Below, piece by piece: positions 38,522-47,948 of a stretch of DNA of 64,000 bases. The notes beneath the pieces are model-generated. The model saw only the letters and a program-made list of their open reading frames with translations, ran no database searches and was not told where the DNA came from. The stretch lies in sequence record NC_105512.1. One strand, written 5' to 3'. Source of the stretch: Escherichia phage JLBYU43. Positions within the stretch are counted from its first letter, which is position 1; each line of letters begins with the position of its first letter. Both the position numbers and the translations under genes were made by a program.

Positions 38522-38965
38522 TTAATTAAATTCGCCAGCAACCTGAGCAGCAATGCCACCGTCGTAACGACCAGGAAACTCTTCCTTAATCGCTTTCATC
38601 AGCATACCTTTTGTAATCCCAGGATTCAACTTAACTAATTCTGCAAAGTATTTGCGAATCTCAGAATCAGATAACTGAGGCGGCAGATACTGCTGTAACC
38701 ATTTGTTCAGTATATATTCATACTGAGCAGACTGCAAGCTATAATTATCAAGGTCTTGACCGTGAAGTTTAGCTTTCGTCTGATTAATGCTTTTCAGTTG
38801 AGCTTTTAGATAAGATACAAACTGTTCAGAAGTAATGAAGTCTTTATCAACACGCTGAAGATCTCCGATTATGGTCTGGTAGCTTTTAGCTACTTCTTTA
38901 TCAGAACCATTAAACTTGGATTCCTGCAAAGCCCTACGCAAAACATCTAGAATATTCTCTTCCAT
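38522..38965 (-). CDS. GatB/YqeY-domain protein
   Basis: 147 aa; C-terminal pattern (GITKGMLMKAIKEEFPGRYDG) resembles the YqeY family. Confidence 0.5.
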   Translation of the reverse strand: MEENILDVLRRALQESKFNGSDKEVAKSYQTIIGDLQRVDKDFITSEQFVSYLKAQLKSINQTKAKLHGQDLDNYSLQSAQYEYILNKWLQQYLPPQLSDSEIRKYFAELVKLNPGITKGMLMKAIKEEFPGRYDGGIAAQVAGEFN

Positions 38966-39156
38966 TATTTAATTCCCAGTGCTTGGTTAAAAGATTGTTC
39001 TGTCATAACTGCTGAGACTTTGGCGAAATCAAACTTCTTAGGATTTGTAGTAATTTCAGCAACGTTAGTAGTTTTAACTGTTTTCGTAGTACGAATACCG
39101 TGAGTGTTAACACCAATAATTACTAAGGTTTTCATTGTTCGCTTTCCTCTCATCAA
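38965..39156 (-). CDS. hypothetical protein
   Basis: 63-aa ORF. Confidence 0.4.
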   Translation of the reverse strand: MMRGKRTMKTLVIIGVNTHGIRTTKTVKTTNVAEITTNPKKFDFAKVSAVMTEQSFNQALGIK

Positions 39157-39204
39157 TTTATACAGTTATTATACAGAATTTTAAGGCTTAAAGCAATTGA
39201 ATTT

Positions 39205-39651
39205 TTAAATTTTCTTAGTCACAGGCTTATAGAACGTGTGGCCTTGAATTTTAGTTGTTTTCTTGAACGTTTTCGTCCAGTACGGCTTTTCTTTACCACT
39301 ATGGAAGTATAACGCTCCATATGTTGGATCATGTGGTAAATCAACGTAGTATATCACTCTAGCTACATTCTTAGCAGTTTGCCAAGCCGCATCGGTTTTA
39401 TCAACTTTTGGTCTCTTAGATACCCAAGAGAACTGGTTAGACTGATATACTACTTTACAGTAAGAATCCGGGAATGTGCCAGAGTTAACACGGTTTTTAG
39501 TGACCTGTGCAACTGCAACCATTCCCTTCGTGCCCTCACCTCGGCTCTCAAAATAGACATTTTTTGCAATGCAATCAATCTGTTTAGCGTCGTAGGTAGC
39601 ATGACTCTGAAAGCTAAAGGTTAGGGCAGCCATTAGTAAGACTGCCTTCAT
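39205..39651 (-). CDS. secreted cell-wall hydrolase (SleB-like)
   Basis: signal peptide plus Hydrolase_2-like core (NVYFESRGEG...GALYFH). Confidence 0.6.
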   Translation of the reverse strand: MKAVLLMAALTFSFQSHATYDAKQIDCIAKNVYFESRGEGTKGMVAVAQVTKNRVNSGTFPDSYCKVVYQSNQFSWVSKRPKVDKTDAAWQTAKNVARVIYYVDLPHDPTYGALYFHSGKEKPYWTKTFKKTTKIQGHTFYKPVTKKI

Positions 39652-39663
39652 TCTTTTTACTCC

Positions 39664-40485
39664 TTAAAATAGATCATATTCTAATCTATTGGGATTTTCT
39701 CGGTATCCATAAGACGTAAGGGTTCCTCTCATGTACTCTGCGTCAACAGGATTAGATGTTACTAGAACCACTTTTAGTGGTCTTTGACCTAAAAATAGTA
39801 TATGATCTAATAAATCTTTTCCTTGTACCTCTGGATCCCCTAAATCTGAGTCCATAAATAAATAGGATCCTGTGAAACTAAACATATCTGATAGTTCCAG
39901 CGCACCTATAACTGTACGACAAATAATGGACATTTCAGGTAGATCTCTAACATCGTCTATTAGAATATTGGTCTGCTTCCCAATTTCTGCATTACATAAA
40001 CCATTTACTAGTTTTTCTCTTTCCCCTTTAGCTTGTTCGAAAGTGGTGAAGCCAGGAGATACGAAAAACTTTCCACCTAATGTAATGCTATACGCAAAAC
40101 CCTCGGAGAGGAGTTCTACACCTACGGTTTTATCAGTATTAATCCTATTTAACTTAAAATTTGTCTCTCTTAGATTAAGAATTCTGTTATCCCACGGTAT
40201 GGTATTTATATGGTCGATCATATCAGGTGGCTCTTCACCATAATGGAGCAACCACGCTATTCGGTGCCCATAAATAATTGTGGGTTTATTACCTAAGAGC
40301 AAGCTAACTCTGATGTACCCATTAGAGTTCTTACTACATATTTCTCTCCCAGCATATAGGGTGTGCCAAGTTTTATTCTTGTATTTATTAGGCTTATAAA
40401 ATAATTTACCTGTATAAGGATTATATTCTATAATTTCTCGAATATAATCTATATATGATAGTATTTGTTTTTGTAATTTACCCAT
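39664..40485 (-). CDS. HNH homing endonuclease
   Basis: HNH motif (HRIAWLLHYG...IDHIN...N). Confidence 0.65.
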   Translation of the reverse strand: MGKLQKQILSYIDYIREIIEYNPYTGKLFYKPNKYKNKTWHTLYAGREICSKNSNGYIRVSLLLGNKPTIIYGHRIAWLLHYGEEPPDMIDHINTIPWDNRILNLRETNFKLNRINTDKTVGVELLSEGFAYSITLGGKFFVSPGFTTFEQAKGEREKLVNGLCNAEIGKQTNILIDDVRDLPEMSIICRTVIGALELSDMFSFTGSYLFMDSDLGDPEVQGKDLLDHILFLGQRPLKVVLVTSNPVDAEYMRGTLTSYGYRENPNRLEYDLF

Positions 40486-40936
40486 AATAGCCTCGTCTCA
40501 TCAATTTAAAAATATATTATATAGAAAACTAAACTAATTAGCAAATACATTTTTAAATTGAGAGACTAGTAAACCGATAAACAGCCTAGAGGCGCCACAG
40601 GCCATATCTTATGAGCCATGTACCTTTGATCTAGGGTTTGAATCATCAACGAATACTTTGCATCTTTTAGCTTTAGAAGGTTAGAAGTTTGAGTGCTTTT
40701 AACTTTTCAGCTTTCATACTTGAGCGTTGATCTTTGAAGTTGTGTTGGTACTACCAACGACGTCTTGTTTTATTTTGACAGATGCAACATCTGCCGAAAA
40801 ATAAATTAAGATAATCTCCAATAGATTATACTGTATCTAGTATGGTCAGCGGTCTTATTTAACCTCGTATTTCAACCGCTGCTGCGAGGTAAGATGCTTG
40901 GGCTTTCGTCTACCGATTTACTAGTCTTTTAAATTA

Positions 40937-41575
40937 TTACTCTACTTCGATAAAAGTAGAGGCGTTGGACTCAGACAGAACAAAGTCAACGTTGGTTGCA
41001 AAGTCCTGGTATTCTTCGTCGTGTTGCTTGATCAGCTTTTCCAGCTCCAGCGGATCGATCAGGAACGGAGTGTTCTTGAGTTCCAGCAGGTTAAGCTGCA
41101 TCTTAACTTCATCCTCGGAAGTCTTCTTGTCGCGGGTAGCCATGGTATCCTGCAAACGCTCATACTTAGCATCAAACTGAGCTTTCTGAGTGTTAAACTT
41201 AACAGTAGCAGCATGGAACTGCTTACGCATGTTAGCCAGCAACTGAGCTTTGAGTTCCATAGAACGCTTAGCTTCGATTGCTTCCGCAACAGTCATAGAG
41301 CGCGAACCGATCTCTACAACAGTTTCAGCATTGCTCTTGATCAGCGCAGCTTTCAGACGATCACGCTGGGACATCATATCCAGCAGAGACTGGAAATCAG
41401 TCTTAATACGGGTAGACAGATCGTCTACTTCGATTGCAGCGCCAACTACAACCTGGTTCTTGTCCTTACCTTCACCAACAGCGATCAAAAGCTGTTGTTC
41501 AGTAGCTTTACGGATTTTAGCTTCCAGAGACTTGATAGTTGCCAGAGCACGAGTTTTAGAGATACGAGTAGTCAT
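40937..41575 (-). CDS. hypothetical protein
   Basis: 212-aa ORF in a locally GC-richer segment. Confidence 0.5.
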   Translation of the reverse strand: MTTRISKTRALATIKSLEAKIRKATEQQLLIAVGEGKDKNQVVVGAAIEVDDLSTRIKTDFQSLLDMMSQRDRLKAALIKSNAETVVEIGSRSMTVAEAIEAKRSMELKAQLLANMRKQFHAATVKFNTQKAQFDAKYERLQDTMATRDKKTSEDEVKMQLNLLELKNTPFLIDPLELEKLIKQHDEEYQDFATNVDFVLSESNASTFIEVE

Positions 41576-41628
41576 TATTTGCTTCCTTATATGAAGTTTG
41601 AGATTTGAATTTGTTTAAATTTGGTCTA

Positions 41629-41811
41629 TTACAGACCAATTGCCAGCAGAGTGCGCAGAACAGTATCGTTACTGTTATCAATTTTAGGATTAGCACGATT
41701 TAGCAGATCAAAGATTTTCTGGATACCTGATTGACGTTCAGCCATACGACGGATACCCAGATTACGAGTAGCTTTCTTACCATTTTTACGAACATTTTTA
41801 GATACTGGCAT
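41629..41811 (-). CDS. hypothetical basic protein
   Basis: 60-aa ORF. Confidence 0.4.
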   Translation of the reverse strand: MPVSKNVRKNGKKATRNLGIRRMAERQSGIQKIFDLLNRANPKIDNSNDTVLRTLLAIGL

Positions 41812-41881
41812 ATTTGTTTTCCTTTTATTGTTTTCTCAAATTTATGAATATATTATACAGAATTTTGGAGCCGGAAGCAAA

Positions 41882-42583
41882 TCAAATTTTCATTTTTTCG
41901 ATCATAGCTGCAACACAATAGCTCTCAACTAGGGCATCGAATGCTGGGTCGTGCTTAACCGGATAGATCCCATAACGAATGGTGTCCATCTTCTCCATTT
42001 TAGCTATTGCCCAGCTAATACCTTCGGTTTCTAGAGCTTTATAACTATAGCCAGTTTGCATCCAGAGATTACGAAGAGATCTAACATTACCCAAGTTCCA
42101 GAATTTCCACGGAACTATTTCTTCATTGGTTCCAGCATGGAAAGTGTTTGCAGAGTAGATAGTCATATCAAACTCTGGGCCATTGCCATAATACAAAGCA
42201 TTTTCGCCTAGAGCCAACTCCATAATATTTTGAGCCATAGAGAAGGCAGCATGGTTAGAGCCAAGTTTATTAGTGCAATGATGTTTACCATTTTGGAAGG
42301 CAACCAGTTTTGGATTAGGCTCATTCATAGCTTCCATAATGTGGATAGCAGACGGGCTATGTTTAGCCTGATCCATCCAGAATGCTAGAGTAGATGCTGT
42401 AACTTTGGCACCAGAATTAAGTTGATCTTGTACATCTAAAGTAACAAATACTAGATCAGGGTCTTTATCAATTCCATGCATAGCCACAAAAGCGAATGAA
42501 GGCATTGCGATATGGGTAGTACCACAATCTCCTGGAGTTCCTAGAGATTCAATATCTAGCATACCAAATGGTTTTACTTTCAT
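41882..42583 (-). CDS. putative 3'-5' exonuclease (DEDD-like)
   Basis: Exo I-like LDIESLG and Exo III-like HDPAFDAL motifs. Confidence 0.45.
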   Translation of the reverse strand: MKVKPFGMLDIESLGTPGDCGTTHIAMPSFAFVAMHGIDKDPDLVFVTLDVQDQLNSGAKVTASTLAFWMDQAKHSPSAIHIMEAMNEPNPKLVAFQNGKHHCTNKLGSNHAAFSMAQNIMELALGENALYYGNGPEFDMTIYSANTFHAGTNEEIVPWKFWNLGNVRSLRNLWMQTGYSYKALETEGISWAIAKMEKMDTIRYGIYPVKHDPAFDALVESYCVAAMIEKMKI

Positions 42584-42611
42584 AACTTATCCTTTATTGT
42601 GTAGAAAACTA

Positions 42612-42833
42612 TTAAAGAGCTGTCTCTTTAATAGACTCCCACTTCTTGGGGTCTTTAAAACCAGGAAGCATATCCTCACTGACATCCCAGTTCTCTTCCA
42701 TATAGAGATCATCTAAGTCTAGCTCATCCACTGCTAAATCCATTATCTCATGACTAGAAAGTCGTGTATAATCTCTAGCGGACTTATGAGTGCTAGCACG
42801 GTTAAAATCATTCTTTGCTACAAAATTACGCAT
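42612..42833 (-). CDS. hypothetical protein
   Basis: 73-aa ORF. Confidence 0.4.
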   Translation of the reverse strand: MRNFVAKNDFNRASTHKSARDYTRLSSHEIMDLAVDELDLDDLYMEENWDVSEDMLPGFKDPKKWESIKETAL

Positions 42834-42874
42834 AGTTTCTCCGATTAAGAGGGGCTTTCGCCCCTATTTATCTA

Positions 42875-43390
42875 TTACTTCGCTTTACGCTTGCGAGCTG
42901 GTTTAGCAGATTTACGAGCAGAATCACCCGTGAACTTAATGCCTACACCGTAACACAGAGCACGAACGTTATCTTTACTATACTCTACGCCAAAGATATT
43001 TGGCTTAACAGAACCAAACTGCCCGCGAGTATCACGCAATACATCTGCCGTTGGTTTACGCTTCTGGTTAACTGCCTTCTCATAGTCTTTCATAGACATA
43101 CCATTACGAGAGAACAATTCAGCCCCAGCGTTGAAGCTCAGGGAAACTGGGACAGATTTGTGGCCGTAATTTTCTACATACATAACCATTTTGTAGGATT
43201 TACGGGTGGCATTTTTAGCTTTAGGCTTCTGACGAATCGGAGCCGGATTATTCAGTGCTTGCGCAGCCTGAGCATCGGTGGGATGCTTACGCAGGTGGCG
43301 TTCCAGACGAGCCTTGCGATTAGCCTCAGTCTTCGGGAAAGTTTTAACTGCCGGAGCTGCTTGAGTTTTTGCGTTTTTCTGCTTAGCCAT
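42875..43390 (-). CDS. hypothetical basic protein
   Basis: 171-aa ORF, Lys/Arg-rich. Confidence 0.5.
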   Translation of the reverse strand: MAKQKNAKTQAAPAVKTFPKTEANRKARLERHLRKHPTDAQAAQALNNPAPIRQKPKAKNATRKSYKMVMYVENYGHKSVPVSLSFNAGAELFSRNGMSMKDYEKAVNQKRKPTADVLRDTRGQFGSVKPNIFGVEYSKDNVRALCYGVGIKFTGDSARKSAKPARKRKAK

Positions 43391-43473
43391 TATTTGTTTT
43401 CCTTTTTGTTTATCAATTTATGAAGTATATTATACGAGAATTTGAAGCGTTTAGCAAATGAATTTTTTAAAAA

Positions 43474-43752
43474 TTATCTACCAACCATCTTAGCTTGTTC
43501 GGCATCTGAGACATATTGATACGCCCCTTTATTATACGCCGGAGCAGTACACATTTTCTTACGCTCAATCTCTTCCTGAGCTTTTCTTTCACGTTCAGCT
43601 AATTCTTCATCCAGATAAACTAAACGTTGCTCTGGAGGAGGTGGAAGACGTGTTTCTGGCTCACCAATATTAGCCTTTCTTATTTGACGAGGTGATTGTG
43701 CACGTTTTCTCAATGGTTTAAATCCTAATGAATTTGAGTTATAAATTCGCAT
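43474..43752 (-). CDS. hypothetical protein
   Basis: 92-aa ORF. Confidence 0.45.
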   Translation of the reverse strand: MRIYNSNSLGFKPLRKRAQSPRQIRKANIGEPETRLPPPPEQRLVYLDEELAERERKAQEEIERKKMCTAPAYNKGAYQYVSDAEQAKMVGR

Positions 43753-43828
43753 AAAGCCCTCCTCACTTTCAATACGAATATTATACTAAATTAGAGGGCT
43801 TTAAGCAAGAAAATTTTTAATTTATTTA

Positions 43829-44305
43829 TCACATCTCAGCCATTTCAGCTTCAGTAATAACTGTGTTGCACAATGCATCTACAGCTTCATTACCACTAAT
43901 ACCAGAATGCCCTTTAACCTTAATAAAGGTAGGATTAGTATTATGAAAGTTGATATACTGCTGTGTTAATTTAAATGCTTCCTGCCAAAGTTCTAGATTA
44001 AGAGGAACTTCACCATCTGCTTTCTTCCAGCCTTTCCTTTGCCAAGAAAACATCCAACTTTCCATACCATTTTTGCAATAAGCAGAATCAGTATAGATAG
44101 CAATTGGTCTATTATCTTTTTTAACAGACCAACGTAGAGCTTCTACAATAGCTGTGAGTTCCATCTCATTATTTGTAGTTTTAGGATTATAACCAGATTT
44201 AGAACCTAAACGATCGTCGTTATCATCATAGACAATAAAACCCCAAGCACCTGGACCTGGGTTAGACTTACAAGCACCATCTGTGTAAATGTGGAAAACG
44301 CTCAC
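43829..44305 (-). CDS. rnh: ribonuclease H
   Basis: RNase HI signature (YTDGAC...ELTA...TDS). Confidence 0.8.
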   Translation of the reverse strand: MSVFHIYTDGACKSNPGPGAWGFIVYDDNDDRLGSKSGYNPKTTNNEMELTAIVEALRWSVKKDNRPIAIYTDSAYCKNGMESWMFSWQRKGWKKADGEVPLNLELWQEAFKLTQQYINFHNTNPTFIKVKGHSGISGNEAVDALCNTVITEAEMAEM

Positions 44306-44850
44306 TTATTAAGTTCCTCTATTGGTGGGTAATAGTTGGTATAGAAATCTTCTATAACTGCTTCGCTACCATGAAGTGTTTTTCTTAGTTCATTAGCCTT
44401 TATGACCGCACTTTCTAGGTCTAAGTAGTCAAAAACACACCCGTAAATATTTTTACCATTATTATCAATCACCTGTACTTGCCATTTCTGTAGTTGTTTG
44501 TTCCAGTGTACGCCTAGATATCCAGATTTACTCGATGCGGTACAATTTCTGTTATTAGACTGGCTTGTAGCTTCTCTTAGATTTATCCACCTATTATCTG
44601 ACCTAATTCTATTTTTGTGGTCTATTAAATCAGGTATTGATCCTGTCATGTATAGAAAGGCTAACCTATGAGCTAAATAATCTATTTTATCTATCTTAAT
44701 AGTTATATAGCCATCTTTTCTTAGGTATCCAGCGGGCGAACCTGCTTTTCCTCCCCTACCACGACTTATCTTATTAGTAAATATACCGGTATCTGGGTCA
44801 TAGATTAGTATTTCTTTTAATCTTTCTTGGCTAGGTAACTTTTTACTCAT
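44302..44850 (-). CDS. HNH homing endonuclease with AP2-like domain
   Basis: HNH motif (DHKNRIRSDN) plus YLGVHWNKQLQKWQVQV. Confidence 0.7.
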   Translation of the reverse strand: MSKKLPSQERLKEILIYDPDTGIFTNKISRGRGGKAGSPAGYLRKDGYITIKIDKIDYLAHRLAFLYMTGSIPDLIDHKNRIRSDNRWINLREATSQSNNRNCTASSKSGYLGVHWNKQLQKWQVQVIDNNGKNIYGCVFDYLDLESAVIKANELRKTLHGSEAVIEDFYTNYYPPIEELNK

Positions 44851-45226
44851 CTAACCATCCTATGTCTATACTAAGTAATGCTTTTATTCCTGTAATACCT
44901 GTACCATAAGTATTATATCGAATAGCACTTCTGCTCTTTACTTCAAGTATATTTTCATACTCTGTATTTTCTAGAATTTCTGTAGATATACCTAAATATC
45001 CTAATTGATCTTCCTCGTCCCAACCCATATCTTCTAGAAGATTTAGACGTAACTCTACCTTCTCATCTCCATTGCCTACAGAGTGGTAGTCTTCTAAAGT
45101 CCTGAATTTAGAAGTGATAGAGTCTAGTATTAATAATACCTGTTCCTTAGTAATAGTTTCTTTATCACTCTGCAAGTAATTGGAGTAATTCAGAAGGGCT
45201 TGTTCTAATTCAATTTCTTTACTCAT
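44843..45226 (-). CDS. hypothetical acidic protein
   Basis: 127-aa ORF. Confidence 0.45.
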   Translation of the reverse strand: MSKEIELEQALLNYSNYLQSDKETITKEQVLLILDSITSKFRTLEDYHSVGNGDEKVELRLNLLEDMGWDEEDQLGYLGISTEILENTEYENILEVKSRSAIRYNTYGTGITGIKALLSIDIGWLDE

Positions 45227-45325
45227 TTTATTATCCTTTTGTACTTATTGAGTATATTATATTTGAAATTGTACTTAATAAGCAAATACAATTTCAAATA
45301 TAATAGTCCCGAAGGACTATTTAAG

Positions 45326-46165
45326 TTAAGAAGACATTTTAGCTTTAAGAGCTGGATGCGGATCATATCCTTCCAGCTTGAAAGACCAAGCCGCAGTATT
45401 ATTCTCTAATAAATCATAGAGATCTACAAATTCTGGCATTACTAGAGTTGGCAAGGGACGTGGTTTACGTTTCAATTGCTCCTCTACTTGCTCTATATGA
45501 TCACTGTAAATATGTGTATCTCCACCACTAAAGATGAGATAACGGGGTTTTAATCCAGTCAGTTTTGCCAGGATATGTGTTAATAAAGCATAACTAGCAA
45601 TATTGAAAGGTAGGCCTAGAAAACAGTCTACAGAACGTTGTGTCCATTTAAGATCTAAGTATCCATCATTACTTACGTAACATTGGAAACCATAGTGACA
45701 TGGTGGTAATGCCATCTTATCCAGTTCAGCTACATTCCATGCAGATACTAGGTGTCTACGACCATGTGGATTATTCTTGAGACCCTCAATGAGTTCTAGA
45801 ATCTGATCTCGTCCACCAAAGTTACGCCATTGTTTGCCATATACTGGCCCTAGATTACCCTTGTCATATCCCATACTTATGGCTTGGTCTTCATAATTTG
45901 GAGTCCAGATGGTCCACTGTCCTTCGTCACGCCCAAATGTGAATACTCGTAGATCATGGAGATTTGTAGATCCAGATAAAAACCATAAGAGTTCTCCAAC
46001 TACCGATTTCCAAGCTAGACGTTTAGTAGTTACAGCTGGGAATCCCTCACGTAAATCGAACTTAGCATAGGAATCAAAAATTGAAACTGTGCCTGTTCCT
46101 GTACGATCGTTACGTGGTTCACCTAGTAGAATTACATCTGTTAGAATTTTTAAATATTGTTGCAT
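45326..46165 (-). CDS. thyA: thymidylate synthase
   Basis: 279 aa with canonical ThyA motifs. Confidence 0.9.
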   Translation of the reverse strand: MQQYLKILTDVILLGEPRNDRTGTGTVSIFDSYAKFDLREGFPAVTTKRLAWKSVVGELLWFLSGSTNLHDLRVFTFGRDEGQWTIWTPNYEDQAISMGYDKGNLGPVYGKQWRNFGGRDQILELIEGLKNNPHGRRHLVSAWNVAELDKMALPPCHYGFQCYVSNDGYLDLKWTQRSVDCFLGLPFNIASYALLTHILAKLTGLKPRYLIFSGGDTHIYSDHIEQVEEQLKRKPRPLPTLVMPEFVDLYDLLENNTAAWSFKLEGYDPHPALKAKMSS

Positions 46166-46698
46166 TAATAAGTAACCAATTCCTGTACAAATCGCAGGCT
46201 GTTATCACTGTTTGCGCCAGTTGCGTAAACTAAACGAGTAGATTCATAGTTGTAATCTAGAATCATATTATCCAGATGTACATCTGCATCTAGTTTTTGA
46301 TTACTAAAGATTGTTGATACAAAAGCACTTTCAATATGTCCATGAATATACATTTCGTATAGTAATGTTGCGCCACCTAAAACCACTGTCTGTTGATCTT
46401 TTAAGAATGTAGGTAATGTATCCCCAATCTTAGAAATTGGAGTGTAAATACCATGTTTAATATCATCAGGCAGAGGACGATCCGCACGAATAAAGAGGTC
46501 AGATTCTCCAATCATACGTTGCCGAACAACTTCTGGAAGTGCTAAATAAGTACCCACACCAATGATGATGTTATCTGGGTTCAACACGTCCAGTTGAGAG
46601 TAGAAAGCATCTAGTTCTTCTTTGAAGGAACCCCAGGGGAGTTTACCTCGGAGGCCGAACTCCCCATTCGGCCCAACTGCATATAATGCCGTTATCAT
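46165..46698 (-). CDS. frd: dihydrofolate reductase
   Basis: DHFR N-terminus (ITALYAVGPNGEFG...LPW); start at ATG 46698 in an ATGA overlap with the nrdB stop. Confidence 0.8.
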   Translation of the reverse strand: MITALYAVGPNGEFGLRGKLPWGSFKEELDAFYSQLDVLNPDNIIIGVGTYLALPEVVRQRMIGESDLFIRADRPLPDDIKHGIYTPISKIGDTLPTFLKDQQTVVLGGATLLYEMYIHGHIESAFVSTIFSNQKLDADVHLDNMILDYNYESTRLVYATGANSDNSLRFVQELVTY

Positions 46699-47840
46699 AA
46701 GAAATCTCCAAATTCGTTGCCAAGATCTTTCAGAGTATCCATAGATGTTTCTGTGACTTGACCTACACGATATGCTGCGCCAATCTGAATCTCTTGCGGA
46801 GCAGGTTGTAAAGATGTAGTATCCAACCAGTTCATGATCCACGGAATAGGGTTTTTGGTGATTACTGGTAAATGACTAGGCCATTCTACACCAATGTGCA
46901 TAAACGCATTACGCCCCACAAAATATAGGTACTCTTCTAGAAGTTCTGCATTCAAGCCAATCAGACTACGACCTTTGAAAATGAAATGACCCCATTCAAT
47001 TTCAGTTTTCAGAGTTTTCAGGAGCTGTGCTGGTGCTTTAGCCACTGCTTCATCCACCAGATCTTTGTCAAACTGCTGGAACATAATCTGGATGATTGCT
47101 TTGGACATCTGAGTATGCAGAGCTTCATCTTTAGCGATTAATTGCAGATTTTTAGCAATACCCTGCAGAATATCATTCTCTGCTAATGCAAAGGTACATG
47201 CAAAGGATGCGTAAAACTGCATTGCTTCCAGACCGTAGATCGCAAAGTAAGCGTCTAATAGCTTAGCCTGAGTTTCACGTTTAACTTCAGGGAACTCAGT
47301 TTCTGGATATGTATTGTCGCCACGATGATCGCGTACTGCGATGAAATACTGACCTAACTGGTACAGTTCATCGAATAGTTCAACAGAATCAGCGATGCGT
47401 GCGAATGCTTCTTGGTTTTTGGTTACAGAATCAATAAATTCTGCTGGATCAGTTAGCACATTACGAATAATATTGCTATAAGCACGACTATGCAGATCTT
47501 CGAAGTAGCTCCACTGTTTGAGCATACCTTCTAGTTCTGGACGACTTACAAGCGGCATAATAGCTGCTTCAGGAGCACGACTGATAAAAGAATCTGTTTG
47601 AGTCTGCCATGCTAAGTTCAGGAGTGTAATTTCCTGAATTTCACGTGGGAGATTAGGCCATTGTTTCTTATCTGCTTCCAGACTGATTTCAGTTTCAGTC
47701 CAAAATTGAGAGCGTTGCAAAAGTGCCAGACGTTCTAGTTCTGGGTGTGCTACACGTACATAATCTGCGATACCGAGAGAATCGCCCAGGAAAAGGTCAG
47801 CGTTAGTATGGTCCCAATTCAGGTTTAGTAAAGTAGTCAT
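46695..47840 (-). CDS. nrdB: ribonucleotide reductase class Ia beta subunit
   Basis: 381 aa with the di-iron/tyrosyl-radical architecture. Confidence 0.85.
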   Translation of the reverse strand: MTTLLNLNWDHTNADLFLGDSLGIADYVRVAHPELERLALLQRSQFWTETEISLEADKKQWPNLPREIQEITLLNLAWQTQTDSFISRAPEAAIMPLVSRPELEGMLKQWSYFEDLHSRAYSNIIRNVLTDPAEFIDSVTKNQEAFARIADSVELFDELYQLGQYFIAVRDHRGDNTYPETEFPEVKRETQAKLLDAYFAIYGLEAMQFYASFACTFALAENDILQGIAKNLQLIAKDEALHTQMSKAIIQIMFQQFDKDLVDEAVAKAPAQLLKTLKTEIEWGHFIFKGRSLIGLNAELLEEYLYFVGRNAFMHIGVEWPSHLPVITKNPIPWIMNWLDTTSLQPAPQEIQIGAAYRVGQVTETSMDTLKDLGNEFGDFL

Positions 47841-47910
47841 TGATTTTCCTCTTTCTCACTATTTCAGGAATATTATAGCAAATCTGGTAGCGATTAGCAA
47901 GTAAAATTTC

Positions 47911-47948
47911 AAAGAAAAAGGAGACCCGAAGATCTCCTTGTTTTTATT
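47911..47948. terminator. bidirectional hairpin terminator between nrdA and nrdB
   Basis: AGGAGA/TCTCCT stem with A-tract on one side and T-tract on the other. Confidence 0.45.

Noticed and set aside
46165-46842. 225-aa version of the DHFR gene
   Set aside because: The N-terminal 48 residues overlap nrdB in another frame; the DHFR fold starts at the internal Met (46698) in an ATGA stop-start overlap.
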